DNA from: a virus
Reading direction: 5' to 3' (one strand)
IMG/VR virus record: IMGVR_UViG_3300045747_000527
Location: 64,001 to 128,000 of that record
Length of the DNA: 64,000 bases
The first letter of the stretch is position 1; every line of letters starts with the position of its first letter. The notes under the pieces were generated by a model. It saw only the letters and a list, made by a program, of their open reading frames with translations, was not told where the DNA came from and searched no databases. Position numbers and translations under genes: made by a program. Shown here piece by piece: positions 54,657-63,745 of the stretch.

Positions 54657-55427
54657 TCACCTATAGCGGTCGTACTTGGCTGCGATAGCTGCCTTCACAC
54701 GGGACACCTTGGGGGCGCTCATGCCGAGCTTTCTGGAAATATCACCAGGAGATAGCTTGGGCTTCCCACCAACTCCGTACAGGTGCTCAAACACAGAACA
54801 CTCCTCCGGAGTAAGATCATACGGAAGCAACCGAAGAGTCTCCGCTTGTCTGGACGGCATAAACTCAGAAGGATCGTATGCTGCTCTACCGGAAGGGTCG
54901 GAATCAATGCTGTTGACCTCTCTCTGCATCACCGCCACCTTTTTAGGAGACCACTTCATGTGGTCAGCAATCTCCAACTGGGTGGGAGCACGGCCAAGGT
55001 GATCTTCTAGGTTGGTGTTGGCATCCTTGAACTTCTGGATACTGTAACTGCGTGTCTCAGGGATGTACGCGGCGTTCTGGTACGCCTTGATGAACCGCGG
55101 GGCCTTCTTCATGGCGTAGGTAAGGTACGTCTGCAGACCAGAGCGCGCGGGGTCGTACGTCTCCAGCGCCTTGACCGCATGGTTTAGGAACTCTGCGTGA
55201 ATCGCCGCCGGCGGCACATCTCGCTGAATCGCCCACTGGTTAGACTGCTTCCTGATGAGCGGCCGAAGGGAAGTCAGAAGAGGGCGCAAATGCTGCTGTT
55301 GCATCCCCTCACTCTTCCAAGTGCGCCACATATCGAGCTCCTTCTGCCTCTTGGCAGTGAGCTCATCCGTGGCCTCCTTGGACAGGCCCAGATCGAGTAG
55401 GTCTAGGATTTCCGCTACAGTTTCCAT
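54657..55427 (-). CDS. Phage RNA polymerase sigma factor (sigma70 family, group 3-like)
   Basis: Region 2 AVKALETYDPARSGLQTYL; region 3 LEDHLGRAPTQLEIADHMKWSPKKV; region 4 LTPEECSVFEHLYG...SPGDISRKLGMSAPKVSRVK. Confidence 0.9.
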   Translation of the reverse strand: METVAEILDLLDLGLSKEATDELTAKRQKELDMWRTWKSEGMQQQHLRPLLTSLRPLIRKQSNQWAIQRDVPPAAIHAEFLNHAVKALETYDPARSGLQTYLTYAMKKAPRFIKAYQNAAYIPETRSYSIQKFKDANTNLEDHLGRAPTQLEIADHMKWSPKKVAVMQREVNSIDSDPSGRAAYDPSEFMPSRQAETLRLLPYDLTPEECSVFEHLYGVGGKPKLSPGDISRKLGMSAPKVSRVKAAIAAKYDRYR

Positions 55428-55428
55428 G

Positions 55429-55677
55429 CTACGGCGTGGCGGACAATTGGTTGATAGATGGCCCCGGCTTGACCAGCGTCGTCGGCTTGGCCGTGTTTTT
55501 GAACGCACCCACCGATTGGCTGTTCTTCAGTTGGTTGAACGCGTTGCTCTTGCTGTCCTCCGTAGGCTCTGGTGGCCTGGTGACGCCGCCCAAGCCCTTT
55601 GTCCTGAGGTCTACCCCGAGGGCGCCAATCTTCTCCAGCTCGTCCAGGAACGCCGTCACAACCTGCGGGGACATCAC
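55429..55677 (-). CDS. Small protein with AFLDELEKIG motif
   Basis: 82 aa, GGAGG SD, overlaps the upstream stop. Confidence 0.7.
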   Translation of the reverse strand: MMSPQVVTAFLDELEKIGALGVDLRTKGLGGVTRPPEPTEDSKSNAFNQLKNSQSVGAFKNTAKPTTLVKPGPSINQLSATP

Positions 55678-55931
55678 GCACCTCCCATGTAGTTGCCAAC
55701 TCCCTCGGTCATCCCTGAGCCTCCCTCGTACTCCGTGAACTTGTCCGGCTGCTTGTACCGCTCCTCAGACACGTCCGGCCTGTCCTGTGTGGGCATGTCT
55801 TTGCGCAGCATGTTATGGACACGAATAGGCCGCCTACCGCCTCGGGTTTGCTGGAAACTCCCGAGTCCGTAGGTCTGAGCAATCTTCTCCAGCTCATCCA
55901 CGAAGGCTGGTACATATTGATCGAATCGCAT
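55674..55931 (-). CDS. Small protein with AFVDELEKIA motif
   Basis: GGAG SD before ATG 55931 (MRFDQY...). Confidence 0.7.
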   Translation of the reverse strand: MRFDQYVPAFVDELEKIAQTYGLGSFQQTRGGRRPIRVHNMLRKDMPTQDRPDVSEERYKQPDKFTEYEGGSGMTEGVGNYMGGA

Positions 55932-55949
55932 GGCGTCTCCCATTGTACA

Positions 55950-58900
55950 TCAACCGAGTAGGCCGCGAGAATTGTTGAGTTCGTACACGTACTGCTTGAT
56001 GACCAACCTTCGGTCAGGGCGCACGTCAAGTCGAGCAAGCGTGGCGTGGCCATTTTTCTCAGATAACCCCAGCACCTTGGTTACGCTCTCGTTCACCAGA
56101 CCTATCAAGTCTGCTTGATCGCTGAATGCCCTGCTGTGGAATCCCTCTACTCCTGCGGTAGCTGTGACGTGGCCCGATTTATCCGGGGTAAGCACCAGGT
56201 CTGGAGACCCTAGGATATCCACCATGGTTGCGATTGGCCGCCACGTGTACATTCTGATGAAGTTGCCCACATCCTGCTTTTGCTCTCGAATAGTACTGTA
56301 CACCTTGACCAGTATATCCGTGGACGCCTCGACCGTCTGAGTATCATCCGTAGACATCCTGTTGATTCTGGGTGTGTCCACTTTGGGCCGCGGAGCCGTA
56401 GGCGCGTCTGTGCTAATGCCCATGAGGAGCTCGTACGTGTGGTCGTTAGGATCGTACACGACCTCCCCAGGCTCGGACCCGTCGTCCTCTACCGGACTGG
56501 CGGTAGAGGGCGCCTGCTTCTGAGCGAACTGGTCGTCCTTGACGTCGAAAGCAGATACGTCAACGATAGAGTCTGCCCCGATCAAACCCATGTAGGTGTC
56601 GCCGATGTTCCGGTTGTGCCACCCTTCCCAAATCCAGGGGGGTCGTACCGCGTCCTCAATCGGGATATCTACCGCTGCACGCTTTGCTCTGCGGACGATG
56701 CGTTCTGTGACCTTGAAGGCGTGTGGAGCCTCTTGATTGGTGGGCAGCACCATCGACATCCGGTACATGACGCCGTTGGTCGGGTAGACCAGCTTAGTCT
56801 TGCCGAGATACTGAGCGGTGACCTCCTCAGGGTCCTTGATGATAGTGCCGCCAGAAGGCCCCACGTCTCCCTTCTTCGGCAAATTCTCCAACCGCGTGTA
56901 GATGACGGTTTGCTTGGTGGTGGACCCTAAGATCTTAGAAACGAATACCTTGTCTACTCCCTGGTACTCAGCACTCTCCCGATGAACCCGCGCTTGTGCA
57001 AAAGCGTAGCTAGTCTGACCACCCTGCTGAGAAACATTGTGACTGACCTGGACGCACGTCCCTATGAACTGGGGAGCTACGATACCCTGTAGCCCAGTCA
57101 CGTCCCTCACTCGGCCGGCGACGTACAACTGGTCTGAAGTCAGTGGGCGATCTATTATCAGGGTAGGAAACCCTGCGACTATCCAGGGGTTGAACCTCCC
57201 GGTGCACTGCATGGACCTAGAGGCGAACCGGTGTTTGAAATACTGATGGTTGGCTGCTCGTTGACCGTAGCCTACCTTGAGCTGCTTAACCGCATCCGCT
57301 ACCGCACCAGACTGCATGCCAAACAAGTTCAGTTCAGTCATCTTCTCGTACATTGGGATGATGCCCGTGTAGAGCTCGTGCTCTAAGATCATCTCGCCGA
57401 ACCTACGCTCCTCAAACTTCACCCCGCGGCGCATATCTGGCACATTCGGCGCGTAGTACCGAGAGTTGAAGAGAGCATCGTCACCCAGAATGGCATTGGT
57501 AGACTGCAGCTCCAACCGAGATACTTCCCGCATGAAGTTCCGCGACCACTGAACGCTGTTGTAGAGCTCTGGAAAGATGACATTGCACCTCGGCGGCGGT
57601 GCATACCAAATATCCGGTCGGAAGATCTGATTGTTGACCCGTGCCACCTTAGTACTAGTCTTCGTGCGCGTGTGCCTGAAGCTCTTGCCTAAAATGCCGT
57701 CACACTTCTGTACGATCTTAGCGATGTCTGCACTGCACGCCATGACCTTGTTCGGATCGTGTAGACTTACGTTGTGCTGCGCATGGCCGAACTGAACCTG
57801 AACATCTGCGTGCTTCAGCAACTTTCCTATTGCCTGTACCTGTGCGGCCACTCCGCCGTACTGAGAAGGCACAGGGGTCTTCGCCAAAGCAGCGTAAGCA
57901 TCCTCTAGCGCGTATAGAGTCGCCTGAAACTTAGGTACGGACGCTAGGGTAATTGCCGCATCCTCCGCGTTACTCTGCAAGAACACGGTCAAGGCAGCTT
58001 GTGTGCTGACGGCTGCCTTGCGTACGTCAGAAACGCGTGCCGCAAATACTGCAGAGCTGGCGTCACTCGCCAGGTTAGTGCTGACTGTGATCTCTTTGAC
58101 CTTCGCCTCTTCAGGCACAAACAACGGGGACGGAACTGGGTACACCTCATGGTAGATGAACTTCTCCATCACCTGCACAAGCCCGCGGAAGGTAACCAGC
58201 TTCCCCAGGCCTCCGATAGACCTGTTCATCCAGGCGGTGAATGTCTTCTCAGAGAAGAGTTTTGCCGTGCTGGTGTCTGCCTCCGCCGCACTGATTTGCT
58301 GGAGCATCTTCAGCCGCAGCTCTGCGAGGGAACAGAACGGGTTTGCCCCCTTAAATCCGTCGTTCGTGTAGTAGCAGCCTCCGATAGCCTCCAGTACCCG
58401 GATGATGCCCCCTAAGAGGCCGTCGAGTTTGGGGAAGTTTACCGAACGAGACCTAAGTAGCGCAGAGATCGTACCTTCCCCGTTACCCAACGGTGACGTG
58501 AAAAGGTTGGCGTTCGCCCCGATGAAGGCAGCCTCTCTGCGCCCGCCAAGGATGCTGCCATTGAAGTTGTACTGGTAGGTCGTATCCCAGTAGTTCGAGA
58601 AATCCACGCACGAGAGGATGACCGACCTGCTGCCAGGGTCCTTGCTGAACTGAATCCCCTGCACCTCTCCCATGAAGAGCAACTTGTATTGATCCCAGAG
58701 CGTCTGGTCTGCCGAGACCTTGGGCAGTACATCGAACTGCGGTGGCTTAGTGCGAGTCGGCTTACGCTTCACCTGCGGATTCTCGTGGACTGTGCTGCTG
58801 ACAATGCTCGCACTCGGCATGTGCGTCTTCTTGTCGTGATTGATCGGGCTGGTGGCATCCACGAAGTCGTAGAAAAACAGGTGGACCAAGGTCCTGGGCA

Positions 58901-59045
58901 AGATGTCAAAGATGCCGTTGGTGGCGATAACCTGGATGGCAGCCGTAGCCGGACTATTGGGCGCAACGCTCACGGAGGCTCCTATGCAAGGAACCTCGAT
59001 TCCCTCTAGAAACAGACGGATGCTGAGTTTGTGCCCTATCGCCAT
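55950..59045 (-). CDS. Baseplate hub/gpD-like tail protein
   Basis: 1031 aa; LFLEGIEVPCIGASVS...LFMGEVQGIQFSKD...ILSCVDFS; RSMQCTGRFNPWIVAGFP; two genes downstream of the tape measure. Confidence 0.6.
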   Translation of the reverse strand: MAIGHKLSIRLFLEGIEVPCIGASVSVAPNSPATAAIQVIATNGIFDILPRTLVHLFFYDFVDATSPINHDKKTHMPSASIVSSTVHENPQVKRKPTRTKPPQFDVLPKVSADQTLWDQYKLLFMGEVQGIQFSKDPGSRSVILSCVDFSNYWDTTYQYNFNGSILGGRREAAFIGANANLFTSPLGNGEGTISALLRSRSVNFPKLDGLLGGIIRVLEAIGGCYYTNDGFKGANPFCSLAELRLKMLQQISAAEADTSTAKLFSEKTFTAWMNRSIGGLGKLVTFRGLVQVMEKFIYHEVYPVPSPLFVPEEAKVKEITVSTNLASDASSAVFAARVSDVRKAAVSTQAALTVFLQSNAEDAAITLASVPKFQATLYALEDAYAALAKTPVPSQYGGVAAQVQAIGKLLKHADVQVQFGHAQHNVSLHDPNKVMACSADIAKIVQKCDGILGKSFRHTRTKTSTKVARVNNQIFRPDIWYAPPPRCNVIFPELYNSVQWSRNFMREVSRLELQSTNAILGDDALFNSRYYAPNVPDMRRGVKFEERRFGEMILEHELYTGIIPMYEKMTELNLFGMQSGAVADAVKQLKVGYGQRAANHQYFKHRFASRSMQCTGRFNPWIVAGFPTLIIDRPLTSDQLYVAGRVRDVTGLQGIVAPQFIGTCVQVSHNVSQQGGQTSYAFAQARVHRESAEYQGVDKVFVSKILGSTTKQTVIYTRLENLPKKGDVGPSGGTIIKDPEEVTAQYLGKTKLVYPTNGVMYRMSMVLPTNQEAPHAFKVTERIVRRAKRAAVDIPIEDAVRPPWIWEGWHNRNIGDTYMGLIGADSIVDVSAFDVKDDQFAQKQAPSTASPVEDDGSEPGEVVYDPNDHTYELLMGISTDAPTAPRPKVDTPRINRMSTDDTQTVEASTDILVKVYSTIREQKQDVGNFIRMYTWRPIATMVDILGSPDLVLTPDKSGHVTATAGVEGFHSRAFSDQADLIGLVNESVTKVLGLSEKNGHATLARLDVRPDRRLVIKQYVYELNNSRGLLG

Positions 59046-60370
59046 CAGATCACACGTGCGATGCGGTTGGACCCTTTGATGTCACCAATGACGGACTGAG
59101 TGGATTGTCCCGGAGGTGTTCCAGCTACCTGAAAGCGGTGCTGCTGACTCATGGGGCTCACCCCGTCGTTGGGATCATCCAGCTGCGTAGATGATATCTG
59201 AAGCAGCTGCATGGACGCCATAAACGCGCTCTCAATCTGGTACGCGGTCTGTAGTGCCTTGATGCGCGCGTCTCCCGCCACCTGTGCTGCTCGGTCGTAC
59301 GCCACCGCAGCGTAAGAGCCGTTCACGTACTCATCTCGGTTGTCCGTGATCTTAGACCGCGCAGGAGTGGTCCTCTGCGGATTCGCAAGAGGCACGCGGA
59401 AATATCTAGCCAGTACGTTGAGGAAGGTGGCGCTCTGGGCGACTATGCCAGCCTTGATCAGGTCAAGCGCCATATTCTTCGCCAAAGTCCCATGTACGTT
59501 ATCTTGCTGCGTGCGCCCCAGCAGCGCGTTGAACCCTGCGGCAGTCCCCACCAACCCCGCACCTGCTAGCGCATACTGTGCATTCTTCAGACTGGACTGA
59601 GTCAGCGACGTTTGAAGCTGGATATCCTTGGTCTTGCCCGCAGTGCTCTGCACGGTTAGAGAGTCTGTAGAGGGTGACATCGCAGTGACCCCGTCGTGTG
59701 TAGGAAACATGGGGTCTCCCAGGTACGGCGACAGGTACGCGTGGTTGGTGACGAAGAGCTGGAAGGAGAATGGAATGTGGTATGGCATCTCCGCGTTGTC
59801 ATCGGCATCCGCACCGATCATATACCCCTCGACCATCATGTCGTCCCAGCCCAGGTACACGCGTGCGTTCTGCTCAACCAGTTTGGTCCCGCGGAGGTTG
59901 TTCTCGTAGTTGTACCAGAACTCCGTACGCCAATTGAAGTCGAGCGTGTTGAAGAGAACCCCCTGGACGGTGAGTATCCGTGGCCGCTCTCCGAAGAAGA
60001 AGATGTAGGTATCCCCGAAGGTCTCCATGAGCTGGAACTTTTCCTGCCTAGAGTCCTTGATCGACTGGATGATGAAGTTTGAGCTGATGGGGGTAGAGGC
60101 CATCACCCGGCGGCCGGCGCGAGAAGGGATTGCCTCCCCCGTGGGGGTGCCGTCATCCTCGCCACCGAGCGGAGAAATCGGGCCTCCAGCGTCCACCAGG
60201 GGGATGATGGTTCCGTCCGCCGCGATGATTCGAAGGGTGGCGTAGGTATCATCCTTAATCTCAAAGCCTCGGAAGGGTCGGCGGACCAAGCCGCGGGGGC
60301 TATAGGTCTTATCCGAACTGCTGAGGTTCGTTGCGAAGGAATCCGTCCGTGTTTCAATCACTACGCCCAT
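59045..60370 (-). CDS. Tail tube-initiator/hub-type structural protein
   Basis: SNFIIQSIKDSRQEKFQLMETFGDTYIFFFGERPRILTVQGVL...YLGWDDMMVEGY; AGGAG SD. Confidence 0.55.
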   Translation of the reverse strand: MGVVIETRTDSFATNLSSSDKTYSPRGLVRRPFRGFEIKDDTYATLRIIAADGTIIPLVDAGGPISPLGGEDDGTPTGEAIPSRAGRRVMASTPISSNFIIQSIKDSRQEKFQLMETFGDTYIFFFGERPRILTVQGVLFNTLDFNWRTEFWYNYENNLRGTKLVEQNARVYLGWDDMMVEGYMIGADADDNAEMPYHIPFSFQLFVTNHAYLSPYLGDPMFPTHDGVTAMSPSTDSLTVQSTAGKTKDIQLQTSLTQSSLKNAQYALAGAGLVGTAAGFNALLGRTQQDNVHGTLAKNMALDLIKAGIVAQSATFLNVLARYFRVPLANPQRTTPARSKITDNRDEYVNGSYAAVAYDRAAQVAGDARIKALQTAYQIESAFMASMQLLQISSTQLDDPNDGVSPMSQQHRFQVAGTPPGQSTQSVIGDIKGSNRIARVI

Positions 60371-60378
60371 TGTTACTC

Positions 60379-60594
60379 CTACGTAGCTACGTTAGTCCGG
60401 ATCATAAGGTCTTTGACATTCCGGCTGACTCGAACGATGTCCAGGGTCTCAGATGCGCGCAAAGCAAGTAGCTTCGCCCTGCTGCGGTTCACTATCACGT
60501 CGTCCGGGGAGATCTTATCTCGCACGATGAACGTGACCTGCCGGTTGTTCTGTAATGTGTAGCTGAGCGCGACTTCTATTCTGTTCGTTGCCAT
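60379..60594 (-). CDS. Small hypothetical protein after the tape measure
   Basis: 71 aa, fills the gap, AGG upstream. Confidence 0.55.
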   Translation of the reverse strand: MATNRIEVALSYTLQNNRQVTFIVRDKISPDDVIVNRSRAKLLALRASETLDIVRVSRNVKDLMIRTNVAT

Positions 60595-60603
60595 TGGCCG
60601 CAC

Positions 60604-63600
60604 CTATGCATGTGAGGAGTTCTCTGGAGGCTTTTCCGCGGGCGCGTACTGGAACTTGCCGCCTTGCTCGGACGAGTAATACGCCTCCTGCATACTGAGC
60701 ATTCTTGTGAGGGTATCGTGGATGCCCTCCATAGACCCTCGCCCACCCAGTTGCTTGCCCAACTCGCTGTCCTTTAAGCCTTTCATCTTCGGAAGTCCAG
60801 TGTCGCTGTTCATGCCCACGAGGGCTGCAAGCTTTTCAAGGGCCCTGGATACCCCTGCTGCAGCATCCTTATCCTTACCTCCCAAAGAACCCATCAACCC
60901 CCGCACCGCGGAAGCTCTGTCCGAGTCTAAGCCAGACACGGTACGGTCAATCAGATCATCTCGGGCCTTGCCGCCCTTCCGCAGAATACCCATCTCCTCT
61001 TTACCGAACCCCCCAGCACCGAAGGCACCTAACACACGACCAATTTCTCCGATACCTTTCGCGCCACCCCAATTCTTAATTCCGCTAACTTGCGCAGCTT
61101 CGCCGGCCATGTCTATAGCTCCGCGAATACCCGCAAATTCCGCAGAGTCCGTAGGCAGCAGGCTCTTCAGTTTTTCCGCGGCACCCGCACCCCCTGCCTT
61201 AACCTGTTGGATCAGTTTCTCCATCGTCTCTTTACGGGCACCGGGGTCAAAGTCAGAGTGCAACAGTCTCTTCAGCAATCCTCCTAGTCCTAGACTACTT
61301 CCGCCTTTGCCGGGGGCCTTAATGGCGTCCGCCGTACCTAGAACGTAGTCCTCTCTGCCGCCAAGCTGCCCTGCCGCGCTCCCCATTCTCTTCTGCATAG
61401 TTTCGGCGAAAGCTACATCCCCTTGTTTGTCAATGTTCTGAGCGACGCCGCCCATGACAGATCGCAGTGTCTTTGCCGTTTCACCGCCCGCCTGGGACAT
61501 AGAAAGAAGCTCCTCAACAGCACCCTTTTGGCTGCGAGATAGCTTTCCTTTTCTGAGCAAGTCCATCATGCCATACGGACTCCCCGCGGCCAAAGTACGT
61601 GCTGCTTCCGCAAACCCCTCAACGCCCTGAAGCTCTTGCAAGTCTACGTTCTTGCCAGCTGATCTGGCGGTACTGAACGCACCCGTGCCCATCGCCCCTG
61701 ACAGAGGACTAACACCACCTCCAGCGCCGGACAACTTACTCGCAAAGCCGCGCATCTCTGCATCTAACTCAGCTCGACTTCGTGGCCCGCCCTCTGACAC
61801 GCGTCCACCCGACAAGATGCTCTTACGTAGAGCGCCGGCAGTACTAGACGTGATGCCCTCAACCTTTGACCCAGGAGTGGCACGTCCCCAAATGCGATCC
61901 ATCCCAGACGACCACGCGTCACTGATCGAACTCGCAGCCGCAGCACCGAACTCCACCAGCGCGGAGTTCTCCACATGATGGCCTATCTTGCGCATCAATC
62001 CACCAAAGGAGTGGTTGAGCATAGTATCTGCTTGACGGTTCTCGGCCTCCCGCTGGTTGAGTTCTCGCTCTGCGTTCTCTCGAATAATCCTGGGCTGGTT
62101 GCGGGCCAGATCTGCGAAGATATCCGCGGTCTTGGCATTCACTCCCATAAACCTTTGGATCATTCTGCGGGTGACGTACTTATCCATGTCACCAGTGCTG
62201 TTCAGCTTATCCCCCAACGCTCCACGTATGAAAGCCACCTGACCCATAGGGCCCTGTGCCAACATTTCACCACGCAAACTTTCCTCCCCCATTAGAAACT
62301 TCGCAGCGTTTCCATGCCCAGACACGTTCTTCTCCGCAGTACTCTGTATGCTGCCTACGCCCATACCTCCCGACATGAACGATGAGAGCTTCTCCTTATC
62401 GAAGCCCGTGAACCCTTTATTGGCCAGGGAAGCCAACATCCAACGTCCAGTACGGGAAGACGCAAAACGAGTAGCCCCAGCCTGAAGAGTTTGCGAGAAC
62501 GCTTGGATCGCTTCAGGACCCTGAAGACCCGTAGCTTCTTGCAGCGTTTGCTCGCTAATGGCACCGCTGCGCATTCCTCCGCCGACCAAGCTGAGCGTCC
62601 TCTGCATGCCAAGTGCTCCCGCGGCTCCAGACGCCCCCACGCTTCTAGCCATCGCCGCACCCTGGCCCATAGCCTCCTGAGTGGCCGCCACCGACATACC
62701 AGTCTGTGTGGCCGCCCCGCGGGTAAGCGTACTAGCGGCCATGACGTCAGACGGTGACCAGAACCCCATCTTCCGTGCTTCCGCCAAAAAAGGCATCGCG
62801 CCAGCCAAGGTGGTGTTCATGGTCTTGGCAACCACCTTCAGTGTCTTGGTGAGCTCTGCGAACTTTTTCTTGAACGTCTCTGCGTCCTGCACAGCTTTGA
62901 AAAGCCCGCCCTGAACCCCCTGCTCCATTATCGCAGTCAGCTCAGATGTGTTTGTGAGCACGCTGTCACCACTGCGCGCCACGTCCCGAATACCCTTAGC
63001 AATGTCCGCGCCCTCGCTACGGTTGAATCCGAACCCCGTGCGGGACATGGGGTTGGTGAACCGCATGTTCTTCTGCAAGAAGTCCTGTACATGACTCGTA
63101 TGCTGGGCCCCCTCCATCATTTGCCCCGCACCCCACCCAATCGCCTGGGTAGCCATGAACGCTGGAGCAGCAGCCATCAGCCCCGCCCCCAGCCCTCCGA
63201 GACCCGCGCGAGCCATGTTCCCGAAGCCGCCCGAGGCAATCCTCCCAGCGTTGCCCAGTATGCCCTCAGCCGTGCCCATGAGCCCGCTCCCAGACGCCAC
63301 GCCACTCATCAGCCCGGACCCACGGAAGAACCCGGACATCGCCGCGTACGTCGGGTCCATCATGCTGAACGCCTTGCCCGCCACCCCAGGTAAGAAGCTG
63401 CCAGCCAATGCCGCAACGGGCAGCGCAGACTGTGCGATAGACACCCCTGCCCCCAAAACCCGCGGCCCCAGATGCTGACCGTACACGTCATACATGGGCG
63501 GGGGCATGGTAAACGCCGCCGGGTCGTACATTGCGGGAGCACTGGCATAGGCTCCTCCACGTCCTTCAGGCCCTATAGAGCCTGCGAAATTGGTCACATT

Positions 63601-63660
63601 GCCGAACATCGCAGACTGCCCGGTCATCAGGCTGTTGACTTGGTGGCTGGAGAACGGCAT
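60604..63660 (-). CDS. Tail tape measure protein
   Basis: About 1018 aa, Gly/Ala/Met-rich helical ORF upstream of hub/baseplate genes. Confidence 0.78.
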   Translation of the reverse strand: MPFSSHQVNSLMTGQSAMFGNVTNFAGSIGPEGRGGAYASAPAMYDPAAFTMPPPMYDVYGQHLGPRVLGAGVSIAQSALPVAALAGSFLPGVAGKAFSMMDPTYAAMSGFFRGSGLMSGVASGSGLMGTAEGILGNAGRIASGGFGNMARAGLGGLGAGLMAAAPAFMATQAIGWGAGQMMEGAQHTSHVQDFLQKNMRFTNPMSRTGFGFNRSEGADIAKGIRDVARSGDSVLTNTSELTAIMEQGVQGGLFKAVQDAETFKKKFAELTKTLKVVAKTMNTTLAGAMPFLAEARKMGFWSPSDVMAASTLTRGAATQTGMSVAATQEAMGQGAAMARSVGASGAAGALGMQRTLSLVGGGMRSGAISEQTLQEATGLQGPEAIQAFSQTLQAGATRFASSRTGRWMLASLANKGFTGFDKEKLSSFMSGGMGVGSIQSTAEKNVSGHGNAAKFLMGEESLRGEMLAQGPMGQVAFIRGALGDKLNSTGDMDKYVTRRMIQRFMGVNAKTADIFADLARNQPRIIRENAERELNQREAENRQADTMLNHSFGGLMRKIGHHVENSALVEFGAAAASSISDAWSSGMDRIWGRATPGSKVEGITSSTAGALRKSILSGGRVSEGGPRSRAELDAEMRGFASKLSGAGGGVSPLSGAMGTGAFSTARSAGKNVDLQELQGVEGFAEAARTLAAGSPYGMMDLLRKGKLSRSQKGAVEELLSMSQAGGETAKTLRSVMGGVAQNIDKQGDVAFAETMQKRMGSAAGQLGGREDYVLGTADAIKAPGKGGSSLGLGGLLKRLLHSDFDPGARKETMEKLIQQVKAGGAGAAEKLKSLLPTDSAEFAGIRGAIDMAGEAAQVSGIKNWGGAKGIGEIGRVLGAFGAGGFGKEEMGILRKGGKARDDLIDRTVSGLDSDRASAVRGLMGSLGGKDKDAAAGVSRALEKLAALVGMNSDTGLPKMKGLKDSELGKQLGGRGSMEGIHDTLTRMLSMQEAYYSSEQGGKFQYAPAEKPPENSSHA

Positions 63661-63668
63661 CGCTGTAC

Positions 63669-63677
63669 AGGTTATCA
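63669..63677 (-). promoter_or_regulatory. Candidate extended -10 element for the tape measure gene
   Basis: Minus strand TGaTAACCT, 8 nt before ATG 63660; no SD; downstream of a terminator. Confidence 0.35.
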
Positions 63678-63713
63678 CCGAACGGGTCAGTACCTCAATC
63701 AATGTCAAGGGCT

Positions 63714-63739
63714 AAAGAAAGAGTCCCCGAAGGGACTCT
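63714..63739 (-). terminator. Rho-independent terminator after the PhaR-like gene
   Basis: Minus strand AGAGTCCC-TTCG-GGGACTCT followed by TTCTTT (UUCG loop). Confidence 0.85.
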
Positions 63740-63745
63740 CTCAAA

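Noticed and set aside
17001-63669. Palindrome TGTACA just upstream of four minus-strand genes (17001, 31352, 55944, 63664)
   Set aside because: The hexamer also occurs often inside coding regions and its distance to the start codon varies from 3 to 40 nt; it needs an enrichment test before being called a late-promoter element.
63661-63745. Perfect TTGACA upstream of the tape measure gene, and a possible tail-chaperone frameshift pair
   Set aside because: No -10 box at 16-18 nt spacing from the TTGACA. The upstream gene is PhaR-like and ends at a terminator, with no G/GT-type slippery gene pair visible.
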